Below are positions 45,877 to 54,770 of a stretch of 64,000 nucleotides of DNA, one piece after another. The position numbers were made by a program, and so were the translations under genes. Source of the stretch: an uncultured Alphaproteobacteria bacterium (GTDB lineage Bacteria > Pseudomonadota > Alphaproteobacteria > Rhizobiales > Xanthobacteraceae). The DNA is taken from contig CAVPQT010000005.1 of the NCBI GenBank assembly GCA_963707615.1, positions 11,850 to 75,849 of the forward strand, in the 5' to 3' direction. The number at the start of each line of letters is the position of its first letter. The first letter of the stretch is position 1. The notes beneath the pieces were generated by a model. That model did not search any database. It saw nothing but the letters and a program-made list of their open reading frames with translations, and had not been told where the DNA came from.

Positions 45877-46718
45877 GACGTTTTTCTCTGGGCGGTGAGA
45901 ATCCGGGCGACGATGCTCAGCGCGAGCACCGCCAGGGTGATGATCAGCGCGCCAGTCCACGCGAGCTTCTGCCAGTCCTTGTAGGGACTGAGCGCGAACT
46001 GGAAGATAACGACAGGCAGGCTGGAAACCGGAGCATTCAGGTTGAGGCTCCAGAACTGGTTGTTCAGTGCGGTGAACAACAGCGGCGCGGTCTCGCCCGA
46101 AATACGCGCGACCGCGAGGAGCACGCCGGTGATCATTCCCGCGCGCGCCGCGCGATACGCAACCTTCTGGATCATCAGCGATCGCGGCAGGCCAATAGAA
46201 GCAGCCGCCTCGCGCAATGTGTCAGGCACAAGGGTGAGCATGTCTTCCGTGGTGCGCACGACGACGGGAACGACGATCACCGCCAGCGACACGGCCCCGG
46301 CCCAGCCGGAAAAATGGCCCATCTGCGCGACCATGACTTCGTAGACGAACAAGCCGACCACGATCGATGGCGCACTCAGCAGGATGTCGTTGATGAAGCG
46401 CACGACCATGGTCAGTTTGTCGTAGCGCCCGTATTCGGCCATGTAGGTGCCGGCCAACATGCCGAGCGGCGTGCCGATCAGCACAGCAATGATGGTCATC
46501 ACCAGACTGCCGACGATCGGGTTGAGCAGGCCGCCGGCCGAGCCGGGCGGTGGAGTCATTTCGGTGAAGACCGCGAGCGACAGACCACTGAAGCCTTCCC
46601 AGAGCAGGACCGCCAGAATGAGCACCAGCCAGCTCAGGCCGAACCCTGTCGCACCGTAGGCAAGCGCCATGGTGATGACGTTGCGGCGTCGGCGTTTTGC
46701 GTAGAGCGCTGTGTCCAT
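45873..46718 (-). CDS. pstA: Phosphate ABC transporter permease PstA
   Basis: 281 aa, 6 TM, with the EAA-loop [11 protein letters not shown]. Confidence 0.9.
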   Translation of the reverse strand: MDTALYAKRRRRNVITMALAYGATGFGLSWLVLILAVLLWEGFSGLSLAVFTEMTPPPGSAGGLLNPIVGSLVMTIIAVLIGTPLGMLAGTYMAEYGRYDKLTMVVRFINDILLSAPSIVVGLFVYEVMVAQMGHFSGWAGAVSLAVIVVPVVVRTTEDMLTLVPDTLREAAASIGLPRSLMIQKVAYRAARAGMITGVLLAVARISGETAPLLFTALNNQFWSLNLNAPVSSLPVVIFQFALSPYKDWQKLAWTGALIITLAVLALSIVARILTAQRKTS

Positions 46719-46720
46719 CG

Positions 46721-47758
46721 TCAGCCTCCCACGCGCGCGTTAAGGCGCATCAGCAGCAGCCGCGCGATGGCGAGCACGATGAATGTGATGACAAAGAGGA
46801 TCAGGCCGAGCGCAATCAACGCCGAGGTATAAAGGTCACCGACCGCTTCGGTGAATTCATTGGCGATGGTTGCGGAAATCGTGGTGCCGGGCGCCAGCAG
46901 CGAACCGGAAATGCGGTGCGCATTGCCGATCACGAATGTGACGGCCATCGTTTCGCCGAGCGCGCGGCCGAGGCCGAGCATGACGCCACCGATGACTCCG
47001 ACGCGGGTGTAAGGCAATACGACGTAGCGCGCGACCTCCCAGGTCGTGCAGCCGAGTCCATAAGCCGCTTCCTTGAGAACGGGCGGAACGGCTTCGAACA
47101 CATCGCGCGAAATGGAGGTGATGAAAGGCAGCACCATGATCGCGAGAATGAGGCCGGCGGTGAATACGCCGATGCCATAGGGCGGACCCGCGAACAGCGT
47201 GGAGAGAATTGGAATTTCACCGAACAGGGCGATCAGGAACGGCTGCACGTGCTGCTGAAGGAACGGCGCGAACACGAACAGACCCCAGATGCCGTAGATG
47301 ATGCTGGGAATGCCGGCGAGCAATTCGATGGCTATTCCGATCGGACGGCGCAGCCACATGGGGCAGAGTTCGGTCAGGAACAGCGCGATGAACAGGCCGA
47401 CCGGCACCGCGATCAGCATTGCAATAAGGGAGGTGACGATGGTGCCGTATATCGGAGCGATCGCTCCGAATTTCTCGGTCACCGGATTCCAGACTTCCTC
47501 GTAAAGGAAGCTGATGCCGAACGCGCGCAGGGCCGGCAGCGAACCCCAGACCAGCGAGATGATGATACCGCCGAGGATGACGAGAACCGTCGCCGCCGCG
47601 AACCGGGTGAGGTGTCGAAATGCGACATCACTCAGCCTCAGGCGCTGTAGAACTTTCGCCCGATCGACCTGTTCGGCGGACGAGATGCCCGTACCCTGCA
47701 ACGCCACATCAACCACGGATCCCCTCCCCGTCGATTGCATCGGGCTCTCCCTGGCCAT
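46721..47758 (-). CDS. pstC: Phosphate ABC transporter permease PstC
   Basis: 345 aa, multi-TM, with the EAA-loop [13 protein letters not shown]. Confidence 0.9.
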   Translation of the reverse strand: MARESPMQSTGRGSVVDVALQGTGISSAEQVDRAKVLQRLRLSDVAFRHLTRFAAATVLVILGGIIISLVWGSLPALRAFGISFLYEEVWNPVTEKFGAIAPIYGTIVTSLIAMLIAVPVGLFIALFLTELCPMWLRRPIGIAIELLAGIPSIIYGIWGLFVFAPFLQQHVQPFLIALFGEIPILSTLFAGPPYGIGVFTAGLILAIMVLPFITSISRDVFEAVPPVLKEAAYGLGCTTWEVARYVVLPYTRVGVIGGVMLGLGRALGETMAVTFVIGNAHRISGSLLAPGTTISATIANEFTEAVGDLYTSALIALGLILFVITFIVLAIARLLLMRLNARVGG

Positions 47759-47835
47759 CTTGCCGCTGTGGAGAGCTACTCAAGCCGCCTCCTGGCCGCA
47801 GCACAAGACGCCTTTCCGCGGGCACAGGACGCAGC

Positions 47836-47862
47836 GAAAGGGCGCCGAGGCGGCGCCCTTTC
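47836..47862 (-). other. Intercistronic stem-loop between pstS and pstC
   Basis: gaaagggcgcc gaggc ggcgccctttc is an 11-bp perfect stem 14 nt after the pstS stop. There is no U-tract. Confidence 0.6.
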
Positions 47863-47875
47863 AATAGCGTTCAGA

Positions 47876-48925
47876 TCAATTGGTCATCGCGAAGATGGGC
47901 TTGCCACTCGCGTCCTTGATGTCGCCCGACCAGGTCTTCTCCACGTCCTTCACGACGTTGGCCGGCATCGGAACGTAGTCGAGTTCCTCAGCCATCTTGC
48001 CGCCGTTCTTGTAGGCCCAGGCGAAGAACTTGAGCGCCTCGCCGGTCGCGGCCGTATCGCTCGGCTGCTTGTAGAGAAGGATCCAGGTCGCCGCGGTCAT
48101 CGGCCATGAGCTGTCGCCGGGCTGGTTGGCGAGGATGACGCCGTAGCCAGGCTGCGACTTCCAGTCGGCATTGGCGGCCGCTGCCTGGAAGGCTTCCGAG
48201 GTCGGCGCAACCGTCTTGCCGGCCTTGTTGACCATCTTGGTGTAGGTCAGCTTGTTCTGCTTGGCATAAGCATACTCGACATAGCCGATCGAGCCTTTGG
48301 TGTTGCCGACGTTGTTGGCAACGCCCTCGTTACCTTTGGCGCCGATACCGCTCGGCCACTGCACCGAGGTGTTGACACCGACTTTCGATTTCCAGTCCGG
48401 GCTTACGTCGGCCAGATAGTAGGCGAAGTTAAAGGTGGTGCCCGATCCGTCCGAGCGATGCACGATCGCGATCGCCTGGCTCGGCAGCTTCACATTGGGA
48501 TTGAGCTTTTTGATCGCGGGGTCGTCCCAGGTCTTGATGTCGCCGAGGAAGATCTTGGCGAGGGTCGGACCGTCGAGGACCAGATCACCGGGGTTTACGC
48601 CGTCGAGATTGACGACCGGCACGATGCCGCCCATCACCATCGGAAACTGCGCGAGGCCGGCTTCGTCGAGCTCCTTGCCCGGAAGCGGCGCGTCGCTCGC
48701 ACCGAAGGTAACGGTCTTCGCCTTGATCTGCTTGATACCGCCGCCCGAGCCGATCGACTGATAGTTCAGCCCGTTGCCGGTGACTTTCTTATAGGCGTCC
48801 GCCCATTTGGCATAAATCGGATAGGGAAAAGTGGCGCCGGCACCTGAAATGTCGGCGGCTTTGGCCGGTACAAACGCTGCGGCGGCGATGAGGCCAGCTG
48901 CCGCAAATGTGGTCCAATGTTTCAA
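47876..48925 (-). CDS. pstS: Phosphate-binding protein PstS
   Basis: Signal peptide, GAGATFPYP and [16 protein letters not shown] start preceded by GGAGAG. Confidence 0.93.
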   Translation of the reverse strand: MKHWTTFAAAGLIAAAAFVPAKAADISGAGATFPYPIYAKWADAYKKVTGNGLNYQSIGSGGGIKQIKAKTVTFGASDAPLPGKELDEAGLAQFPMVMGGIVPVVNLDGVNPGDLVLDGPTLAKIFLGDIKTWDDPAIKKLNPNVKLPSQAIAIVHRSDGSGTTFNFAYYLADVSPDWKSKVGVNTSVQWPSGIGAKGNEGVANNVGNTKGSIGYVEYAYAKQNKLTYTKMVNKAGKTVAPTSEAFQAAAANADWKSQPGYGVILANQPGDSSWPMTAATWILLYKQPSDTAATGEALKFFAWAYKNGGKMAEELDYVPMPANVVKDVEKTWSGDIKDASGKPIFAMTN

Positions 48926-49116
48926 GGGTTCTCTCCATGTTTACGATCGTAGGCGCGCGCAGACCGCCGTGCGGTCCACGGTGATGGTTCCGTCGCGCCC
49001 ACTCGCTCGCGCGACCGCTGTTGATTTAAAAAACGCTCTCCACGGGTGGCTTCGGATATTTTGTTGTTGTTCCGCGCTCGAAATTCCGTCGCCGTGGTCA
49101 GCGATAAGCGTGCCAT

Positions 49117-49156
49117 GTCACCGTTCTATAAAGCTTCGGTGACAGTCACATGACAG
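49117..49156 (-). promoter_or_regulatory. Pho boxes (PhoB binding sites) upstream of pstS
   Basis: The minus strand reads CTGTCAT gtga CTGTCAC cgaa GCTTTAT agaa CGGTGAC. These are 7-nt repeats in 11-nt phase, and the first pair matches the E. coli-type consensus CTGTCAT-N4-CTGTCAY. Confidence 0.7.
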
Positions 49157-49175
49157 TCTAACACATTGAGATTTA

Positions 49176-50399
49176 TCAGGATTCTGATCCAGGCCGGGAA
49201 TCCTCGGTGAGCAGGGGCAGGTGGATTGTGAATGTGGCACCGGCCCCCAGGGTGCTCTCAATTGTCAGGCGACCGCCGTGCCGATTGAGCACATGTTTGA
49301 CCAGCGCGAGCCCCAATCCCGTTCCCCCTTGGGCCCGGCTGTCGGTCACATCGACCCGATAGAAGCGTTCGGTGAGGCGCGGCAAATGTTCCGGTGGAAT
49401 GCCCGGACCGTAGTCCCGTACCGCAACGCGCGCTTCAGGCGCGCCCGCGCGTGTCTGTCCGCGCGAGACGGTAATGTCGACACGCTTGCCGACCGCCCCG
49501 TACTTGAGCGCATTTTCGACCAGGTTTTCCAGAGCGCGGATCAGTTCGTCGCGATCGCCCAGCACCAGGAGCGGGTCCGACGGGATCGTCACCTTGATAT
49601 CGACGCTGCGATCGCGTGCCAGCGTCTGTAGTCCGTCGACCACCTGCCGGACGATGGGTGAAAAATCGACGGGTGTGTTCGGCTGCAGGTGAGCGTTGAG
49701 TTCGATGCGCGACAGCGACAGCAAATCATCGATCAGGCGCGCCATCCGTGTCGCCTGGCCTTGCATGATTTCGAGGAATTTACTTCGCGCGGCAGGATCG
49801 TCCTTGGCCGTCCCCTGCAGGGTTTCGATAAAGCCAAGCAAAGCGGCGAGCGGGGTGCGCAGTTCGTGGCTGGCATTTGCGATGAAGTCGGCGCGCATCT
49901 CCTCGACCCGCCGCAGCGGGGTGAGATCGTTGAACGTCATCAAAAGGAGATCGACGCTGGGTTCTCCGGCGGCACCGATGCGCACGGGCGTGACAAACGC
50001 CTCCATCCAGCGGTCGAGCGGCACGCGTTCGAAAAATTCGACACGCTGCGGCTCGCGCCGCCTCGCCGCGCGTCGGACTGCATCGACAAGTTCAGGCATG
50101 CGCAAGCCGATCAAGGCGAGTTCGCCGCGGCTCAAGGCAGGCGCGATTCCCGTGGCCGCCTCGTTGAACGCGACCACGCGGCCTTCGCGATCAAGCATGA
50201 TCGCGGCGCTCGGCAAACCGCCGATGATCTGCTCGATCAGCTGAGCCTGCGGACTGCGGACGACCTGCTGGGCCGAGGGCGCCATGGCGGCGCTATTGAT
50301 GATCGTGGGCGACCCGAACAAGGCATGCCACGCACCGCGCAATCGGCCCGCCAGGCCGTTGGCGGAGGAAATATCGCGGCGGTCATCTTCAATCGCCAT
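49176..50399 (-). CDS. phoR: Phosphate regulon sensor kinase PhoR (no TM segment visible)
   Basis: PAS-like region, H-box SHELRTPL, N box ENALKYG, G boxes DYGPGI and GGTGLGLA. The ATG at 50399 is preferred over the TTG at 50405. Confidence 0.88.
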   Translation of the reverse strand: MAIEDDRRDISSANGLAGRLRGAWHALFGSPTIINSAAMAPSAQQVVRSPQAQLIEQIIGGLPSAAIMLDREGRVVAFNEAATGIAPALSRGELALIGLRMPELVDAVRRAARRREPQRVEFFERVPLDRWMEAFVTPVRIGAAGEPSVDLLLMTFNDLTPLRRVEEMRADFIANASHELRTPLAALLGFIETLQGTAKDDPAARSKFLEIMQGQATRMARLIDDLLSLSRIELNAHLQPNTPVDFSPIVRQVVDGLQTLARDRSVDIKVTIPSDPLLVLGDRDELIRALENLVENALKYGAVGKRVDITVSRGQTRAGAPEARVAVRDYGPGIPPEHLPRLTERFYRVDVTDSRAQGGTGLGLALVKHVLNRHGGRLTIESTLGAGATFTIHLPLLTEDSRPGSES

Positions 50400-50401
50400 G
50401 G

Positions 50402-51460
50402 TCAATCGGCGTCGGGTTTTCCGCCATCAAGCTCGCTGCGGATCGGCGCAGTCACCGATCTTATCAGCTCCGGTTTGGCCGGACGTCGCGCCCCTTTGAA
50501 ATTCAGCCAGAACTCGCGCGTGCCAAGGATGATCAATGCCAGCGCGAACGGCACGATATAGTAGAGCAGCCGGAAGAGCAGCAGTCCTGCCAGTACGGAC
50601 TCCTTGTCGAATTGCCACAACGCGACAAGCATGGCGGCGTCAAAAACGCCGAGGCCGCCGGGTGCGTGACTGGCAAAACCAAGCAGCGTCGCCGAAACGA
50701 ACACCACCGCGATCGTCACGAAGTCGACTCTGGGTTCGCCCGGCAGCAGCATGTACATGGCCAGCGCGCAAAAGCCGAGATCGAGAATGCCGATACAGAT
50801 TTGCAGAAGCGTGGATGGCCCGCTCGGCAAGCGCACCTTCCACTCGCCTTGGCCAATCTCGCGCGGCGCGCTCCACACCCACATCACGTAAGACACGAGC
50901 ACGGCCAGCATGCCGATGCCGATGAAGCGGTTGAGCCACGGCGGCAATTGGTCGATCGGCACTGCGGCTTCCGGATGATAGGCGACGCCGAGACCGAGAA
51001 CGGTTGCATTGCCCAGCCAGAACGTGAGACCGGCGATGAAGCAGATTTTCGCAACCTCGATCGCATCAAGTCCGTACATCGAATAGATGCGATAACGCAC
51101 CGCGCCGCCCGTGAACACGGTCGCACCGATATTGTGACCGATCGAATAGCTGGTAAACCCGGTCAACGCCGCGATGCGATAAGGAATTTCGTTGCGACCG
51201 ATCGTGCGCAGCGCAAACAGGTCATAGAACGTGAGGGTGAAGTAGCCGCAGGCGACAAAAAATGCAGCGGCCGCGATGTGGGTGGGCTGCGTCGCCTTTA
51301 GCGCGGAGACGACCTCGTTGGTGTCGATGTCGCGCAGCATGTGGAAAAGCACCACCGCCGCGATGCTGATGATGGCGATGCTCAGCAGGACGCCGATCCG
51401 ATTCCAGCCGATCGTTTTCTGGAAAAACCGCGCCACCGCGCGCAAAGAATTGAGCATCAT
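50402..51460 (-). CDS. UPF0104 / LPG-synthase-TM-like (flippase-like) membrane protein
   Basis: About 8 TM helices. The start chosen is MMLNSLRAVARFF. The stop lies 2 nt before the phoR ATG. Confidence 0.7.
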   Translation of the reverse strand: MMLNSLRAVARFFQKTIGWNRIGVLLSIAIISIAAVVLFHMLRDIDTNEVVSALKATQPTHIAAAAFFVACGYFTLTFYDLFALRTIGRNEIPYRIAALTGFTSYSIGHNIGATVFTGGAVRYRIYSMYGLDAIEVAKICFIAGLTFWLGNATVLGLGVAYHPEAAVPIDQLPPWLNRFIGIGMLAVLVSYVMWVWSAPREIGQGEWKVRLPSGPSTLLQICIGILDLGFCALAMYMLLPGEPRVDFVTIAVVFVSATLLGFASHAPGGLGVFDAAMLVALWQFDKESVLAGLLLFRLLYYIVPFALALIILGTREFWLNFKGARRPAKPELIRSVTAPIRSELDGGKPDAD

Positions 51461-51648
51461 TCCTCCGGCTTGACGCCAGTTATATCGGTCTTGAACGTAG
51501 CGAACGCCATAATCGCGGGCCACCCGACCCCTAGCAGAACTATTTTCACTGGGCGAGTAGACTGCCCGCAGTTCCAGCAGACTGCTAGAATGTCCTTAAT
51601 AAGGCGTACGGCCGAGGGCTTGCGGGCCGGCCCGTTCAGGAGGCGTTC

Positions 51649-52665
51649 ATGACCGAATCCGACCGTGTTCTGCCGCGTCGCGCTGTTCTGAAGACTGCCG
51701 GATTGGGCGTCGGCGCGGGCCTGTTCTCCGGCGTTTCGGCACCGGCCCAAGCCGCGGCCACGAGCGAAATCTGGAGCGCTGAATACTGGGCCAAAAAGGG
51801 CGACGTCCCTCTTTATATATTCCGTAAACGGCTCGGCGCGCCAAGGCCGGGCAAATCGTCGCGGCCGATCCTTTTCCTTGTGCACGGCTCCTCGGTGACG
51901 TGGCGGATTTTCGACCTCGATACGCAAGGTCACGGTGAATATTCGATGATGAATGTGTTCGCGCGCTGGGGCTTCGATGTCTGGACCATGGACCACGAGA
52001 ACTATGGGAAATCAGGTCGCACCAGCGGGAATTCCGATATCGCGAGCGGCGCCCAGGACCTGAAAACCGCGATGCAAGTTGTTGCGCGCGAAACCGGACA
52101 GTCGAAAGCGCATTTCATGGGTGAATCGTCCGGCGCCTTGCGCGCGGGCCTCTATGCAATGATCGAACCGGAGCACGTGGACCGGCTGGTGCTGGCGGCC
52201 TTCACGTACAAGGGCACCGACTCCCCGACTTTGAAAAAACGCGCCGAACAACTCGAATATTTCCGCACGCACAATACGCGATTGCGTGACCGAGCCATGA
52301 TCGAGAGCATCTTCACCCGCGACAAAGCAGGGACGACCGATCCGGCCGTGGGGAAAATCCTTGCCGATGTCGAATTGCAGTTCGGCGATCAGATACCGAC
52401 CGGCACATATCTCGACATGACCGCCAATCTTCCCGTTGTCGATCCCGGGAAAGTTCAGGCTCCGGTCCTGCTCGTACGCGGTGAATATGACGGCATCGCA
52501 ACGGTGGAGGATCTGGTCGACTTTTACCGGCAGCTTCCGCACGGCGACAAGCAACTGGTGATCTTGCCGAACACTGCGCATTCGGTCGCCGTCGCGATCA
52601 ATCGCCATTTGTTCTGGCACGCCGTGCGCGGCTTCCTCGACATGCCGGCGCCGACGGCGATCTGA
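51649..52665 (+). CDS. Tat-exported alpha/beta hydrolase
   Basis: RRAVLKTAGLGVGAGLF...AQA twin-Arg leader. Nucleophile elbow GESSG. Confidence 0.8.
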   Translation: MTESDRVLPRRAVLKTAGLGVGAGLFSGVSAPAQAAATSEIWSAEYWAKKGDVPLYIFRKRLGAPRPGKSSRPILFLVHGSSVTWRIFDLDTQGHGEYSMMNVFARWGFDVWTMDHENYGKSGRTSGNSDIASGAQDLKTAMQVVARETGQSKAHFMGESSGALRAGLYAMIEPEHVDRLVLAAFTYKGTDSPTLKKRAEQLEYFRTHNTRLRDRAMIESIFTRDKAGTTDPAVGKILADVELQFGDQIPTGTYLDMTANLPVVDPGKVQAPVLLVRGEYDGIATVEDLVDFYRQLPHGDKQLVILPNTAHSVAVAINRHLFWHAVRGFLDMPAPTAI

Positions 52666-52666
52666 T

Positions 52667-53557
52667 CTATTTGGCGGCAAAGAACTCGCGCAGCGCCGCG
52701 GTGGTTTCGGCGGGCGCTTCGTCGGCCAGGTAGTGTCCGGACGGAACGGCCTTGGCGGCAACGATATTGTTCGCATAGCGCTGCCAGATGTCCGCAGGGC
52801 CCGGATTGTGATTGCGCCCGACACCACCGGTCGCACCCCATAGAAGAAGTAGGGGGCATTCGATCTTGCGGCCGGCGGCGAAATCCTTTGTGTCCATCTC
52901 CAGATCGACACCGGCCGCTGCGCGGTAGTCCTCGCAAATTGCATGAATGGTCGCCGGATTGCGGAAGCAGCGCTTGTATTCGGCGAGCGCCTCGGGATCG
53001 AAGAAGCTGAGACCCTGCTTCGTCTTCGCAAGCTTCTTCTCGATGAACCAGTCAGGATCGGCACCCATCATCCGTTCGGGCAAGTCGAATGGCTGGATAT
53101 TGAAAAACCAGTGCCAGGAGAACGTCGCCCATTGTTTGTTGATGTTGTTGTACAGGTGATGCTGCGGAATGATGTCGAGGATCGCCGCGCGCACGACCTT
53201 CTGCGGATGATCGAGACACATGCGATGCAGTACGCGGCCGCCGCGATCATGTCCGGCAGCGTAAAATTTGTCGAACCCAAGTGCCGCCATCACCTCGATC
53301 TGATCCTGCGCCATGGCGCGGAATGAGTAACCCGAGTGATCGGCACCGCCGGGCGGCTTTTCGGAATCGCCGTAGCCGCGCAGATCGGTTGCGACGACGG
53401 TGAACTCGCGTGCCAGCGTTGGCGCGACCTTATGCCAGTTCAGGTGCGTAAAGGGATTGCCGTGCATCAACAGCAGGGGTGGACCGCTCCCACCCGTCAC
53501 CGTGACGATACGCGCGCCGCTGGTCTTGATTTCAGATCGCTTGAAGCCGTCGAGCAT
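52667..53557 (-). CDS. Haloacetate (fluoroacetate-type) dehalogenase-like alpha/beta hydrolase
   Basis: The start chosen is MLDGFKRSEIK. Motifs LLLMHGNP, GHDRGGRV (Asp nucleophile with Arg+1 and Arg+4), SWHWFF and EDYRAA. Confidence 0.8.
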   Translation of the reverse strand: MLDGFKRSEIKTSGARIVTVTGGSGPPLLLMHGNPFTHLNWHKVAPTLAREFTVVATDLRGYGDSEKPPGGADHSGYSFRAMAQDQIEVMAALGFDKFYAAGHDRGGRVLHRMCLDHPQKVVRAAILDIIPQHHLYNNINKQWATFSWHWFFNIQPFDLPERMMGADPDWFIEKKLAKTKQGLSFFDPEALAEYKRCFRNPATIHAICEDYRAAAGVDLEMDTKDFAAGRKIECPLLLLWGATGGVGRNHNPGPADIWQRYANNIVAAKAVPSGHYLADEAPAETTAALREFFAAK

Positions 53558-53640
53558 GGATTCAGGAAGGAGGTCGTCCCTGCATTCGAGGCAAGCATAA
53601 CAATCCCGCCTGCGGCAAGAGGACAACAGAGGACACCGAT

Positions 53641-53676
53641 CAAAAGAGAAAACCCCGGCTCCGTGCGAAGCCGGGG
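53641..53676 (-). terminator. Rho-independent terminator of the His/Trp-rich mini-protein gene
   Basis: CCCCGGCT/AGCCGGGG 8-bp stem. On the minus strand it is followed by TTTTCTCTTTTG. Confidence 0.7.
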
Positions 53677-53702
53677 CTATTCCCCGTCCATGATCCACTC
53701 GC

Positions 53703-53933
53703 TTAGTTGCAGACCGTGATGCGGCGGACGCGCAGTCCGAACGGCGTCTCGACGACTTTCTTAACGACGTAGCAATCGGACGCGTAGATGGCCGCCGGCG
53801 CAACGATGCCGATGCCGATGCCGCCATGCCAATGGCCGTGACCGTGCCAATGGGCGGACGCAGTGGTGGGGGTCAACGCCGCAGCACCGATCACAGCGGA
53901 GGCGCCGAGGGCGAGAGCGAGCTTGCGAAACAT
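53703..53933 (-). CDS. 76-aa secreted His/Trp-rich, two-Cys mini-protein (hypothetical)
   Basis: This is the last 76 codons of the 347-aa track ORF. GGAGAA SD. MFRKLALALGASAVIGAAALTPTTASA|HWHGHGHWHGGIGIGIVAPAAIYASDCYVVKKVVETPFGLRVRRITVCN. It has its own promoter-like motif and terminator. Confidence 0.6.
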   Translation of the reverse strand: MFRKLALALGASAVIGAAALTPTTASAHWHGHGHWHGGIGIGIVAPAAIYASDCYVVKKVVETPFGLRVRRITVCN

Positions 53934-53979
53934 GGTGGTTCTCCTGTCTCTGGGTCGTGCACGGAATGTGCATCCTGGA

Positions 53980-54011
53980 CATGGGTCGCCCCGACCGATC
54001 GAAAGGTTCAA
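53980..54011 (-). promoter_or_regulatory. ECF-type promoter candidate facing the mini-protein gene
   Basis: The minus strand reads TTGAACC-N16-CGACCCATG, identical in both conserved blocks and in spacer length to the element at 54158-54189. Confidence 0.6.
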
Positions 54012-54157
54012 ACCGGGCCACCGCTGGAAACCGCATCGGCCATAAGCCCTGCAAATGCTCGGATTTACCTGCTTTTGCTTGCCCAATCGCGTGTGAAAAG
54101 GGGAAACTGGTGCCAGGCCCGGGGGCGGGCAGGAGCATGCGAATTCTTCAGTTCGGC

Positions 54158-54189
54158 TTGAACCTCGGCGCCCTCTCAAGCGACCCATG
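54158..54189 (+). promoter_or_regulatory. ECF-type promoter candidate facing the sigma gene (autoregulation)
   Basis: The plus strand reads TTGAACC-N16-CGACCCATG, ending 21 nt before the sigma ATG. Confidence 0.6.
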
Positions 54190-54209
54190 CACGAGCCGAA
54201 TGTTCTGCG

Positions 54210-54770
54210 ATGCAAACGACTTCGGACGAGGTTCTGATCTCGCGGATCGCAGGCGGCGACCGGCTCGCCATGCAGGTGCTGTACGCGCGGCACCATGTTC
54301 GCGTGTACCGGTTTGTACTGAGGCTGGTGCGCAACGAAGCGACGGCGGAAGACCTGATCAGCGAGGTGTTCCTCGACGTCTGGCGACAAGCCGGAAAGTT
54401 CGAGGGTCGCTCGGCCGCCTCGACATGGATGTTGAGCATTGCGCGATTCAAGGCCCTGTCGGCGTTGCGACGCCGACCGGAGGAAGAACTCGACGAAGAG
54501 ACGGCAGAGCAGATCGAGGATCACGCTGACGATCCCGAGGCGACTCTGGCGAAGAAAGAGAAAGGGTCGGTCCTGCGGAAATGCCTGGCCGGACTCTCGG
54601 CGGATCACCGGGAAATCATCGACCTCGTCTACTACCACGAGAAGTCGGTGGAGGAAGTAGCCGAGATCGTCGGCATCCCGGAGGCAACCGTGAAGACGCG
54701 CATGTTCTACGCGCGCAAGAAACTTTCGGAGCTCCTCAAAGAGCAAGGAATAGATCGAGGTTGGCCATGA
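54210..54770 (+). CDS. ECF-family RNA polymerase sigma factor
   Basis: 186 aa. Region 2 (YRFVLRLVRNEATAEDLISEVFLDVW) and region 4 (SVEEVAEIVGIPEATVKTRMFYARKKL). Confidence 0.9.
   Translation: MQTTSDEVLISRIAGGDRLAMQVLYARHHVRVYRFVLRLVRNEATAEDLISEVFLDVWRQAGKFEGRSAASTWMLSIARFKALSALRRRPEEELDEETAEQIEDHADDPEATLAKKEKGSVLRKCLAGLSADHREIIDLVYYHEKSVEEVAEIVGIPEATVKTRMFYARKKLSELLKEQGIDRGWP

Noticed and set aside
52012-53064. 350-aa minus-strand ORF
   Set aside because: It spans two convergent alpha/beta hydrolase genes in wrong frames, and its composition is that of an out-of-frame or antisense read.
53934-54746. Upstream 270 codons of the 347-aa minus-strand ORF
   Set aside because: It is antisense to the ECF sigma gene and runs through the promoter gap, and it is Arg-rich. 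Only the last 76 codons have an SD, a signal peptide and a terminator.
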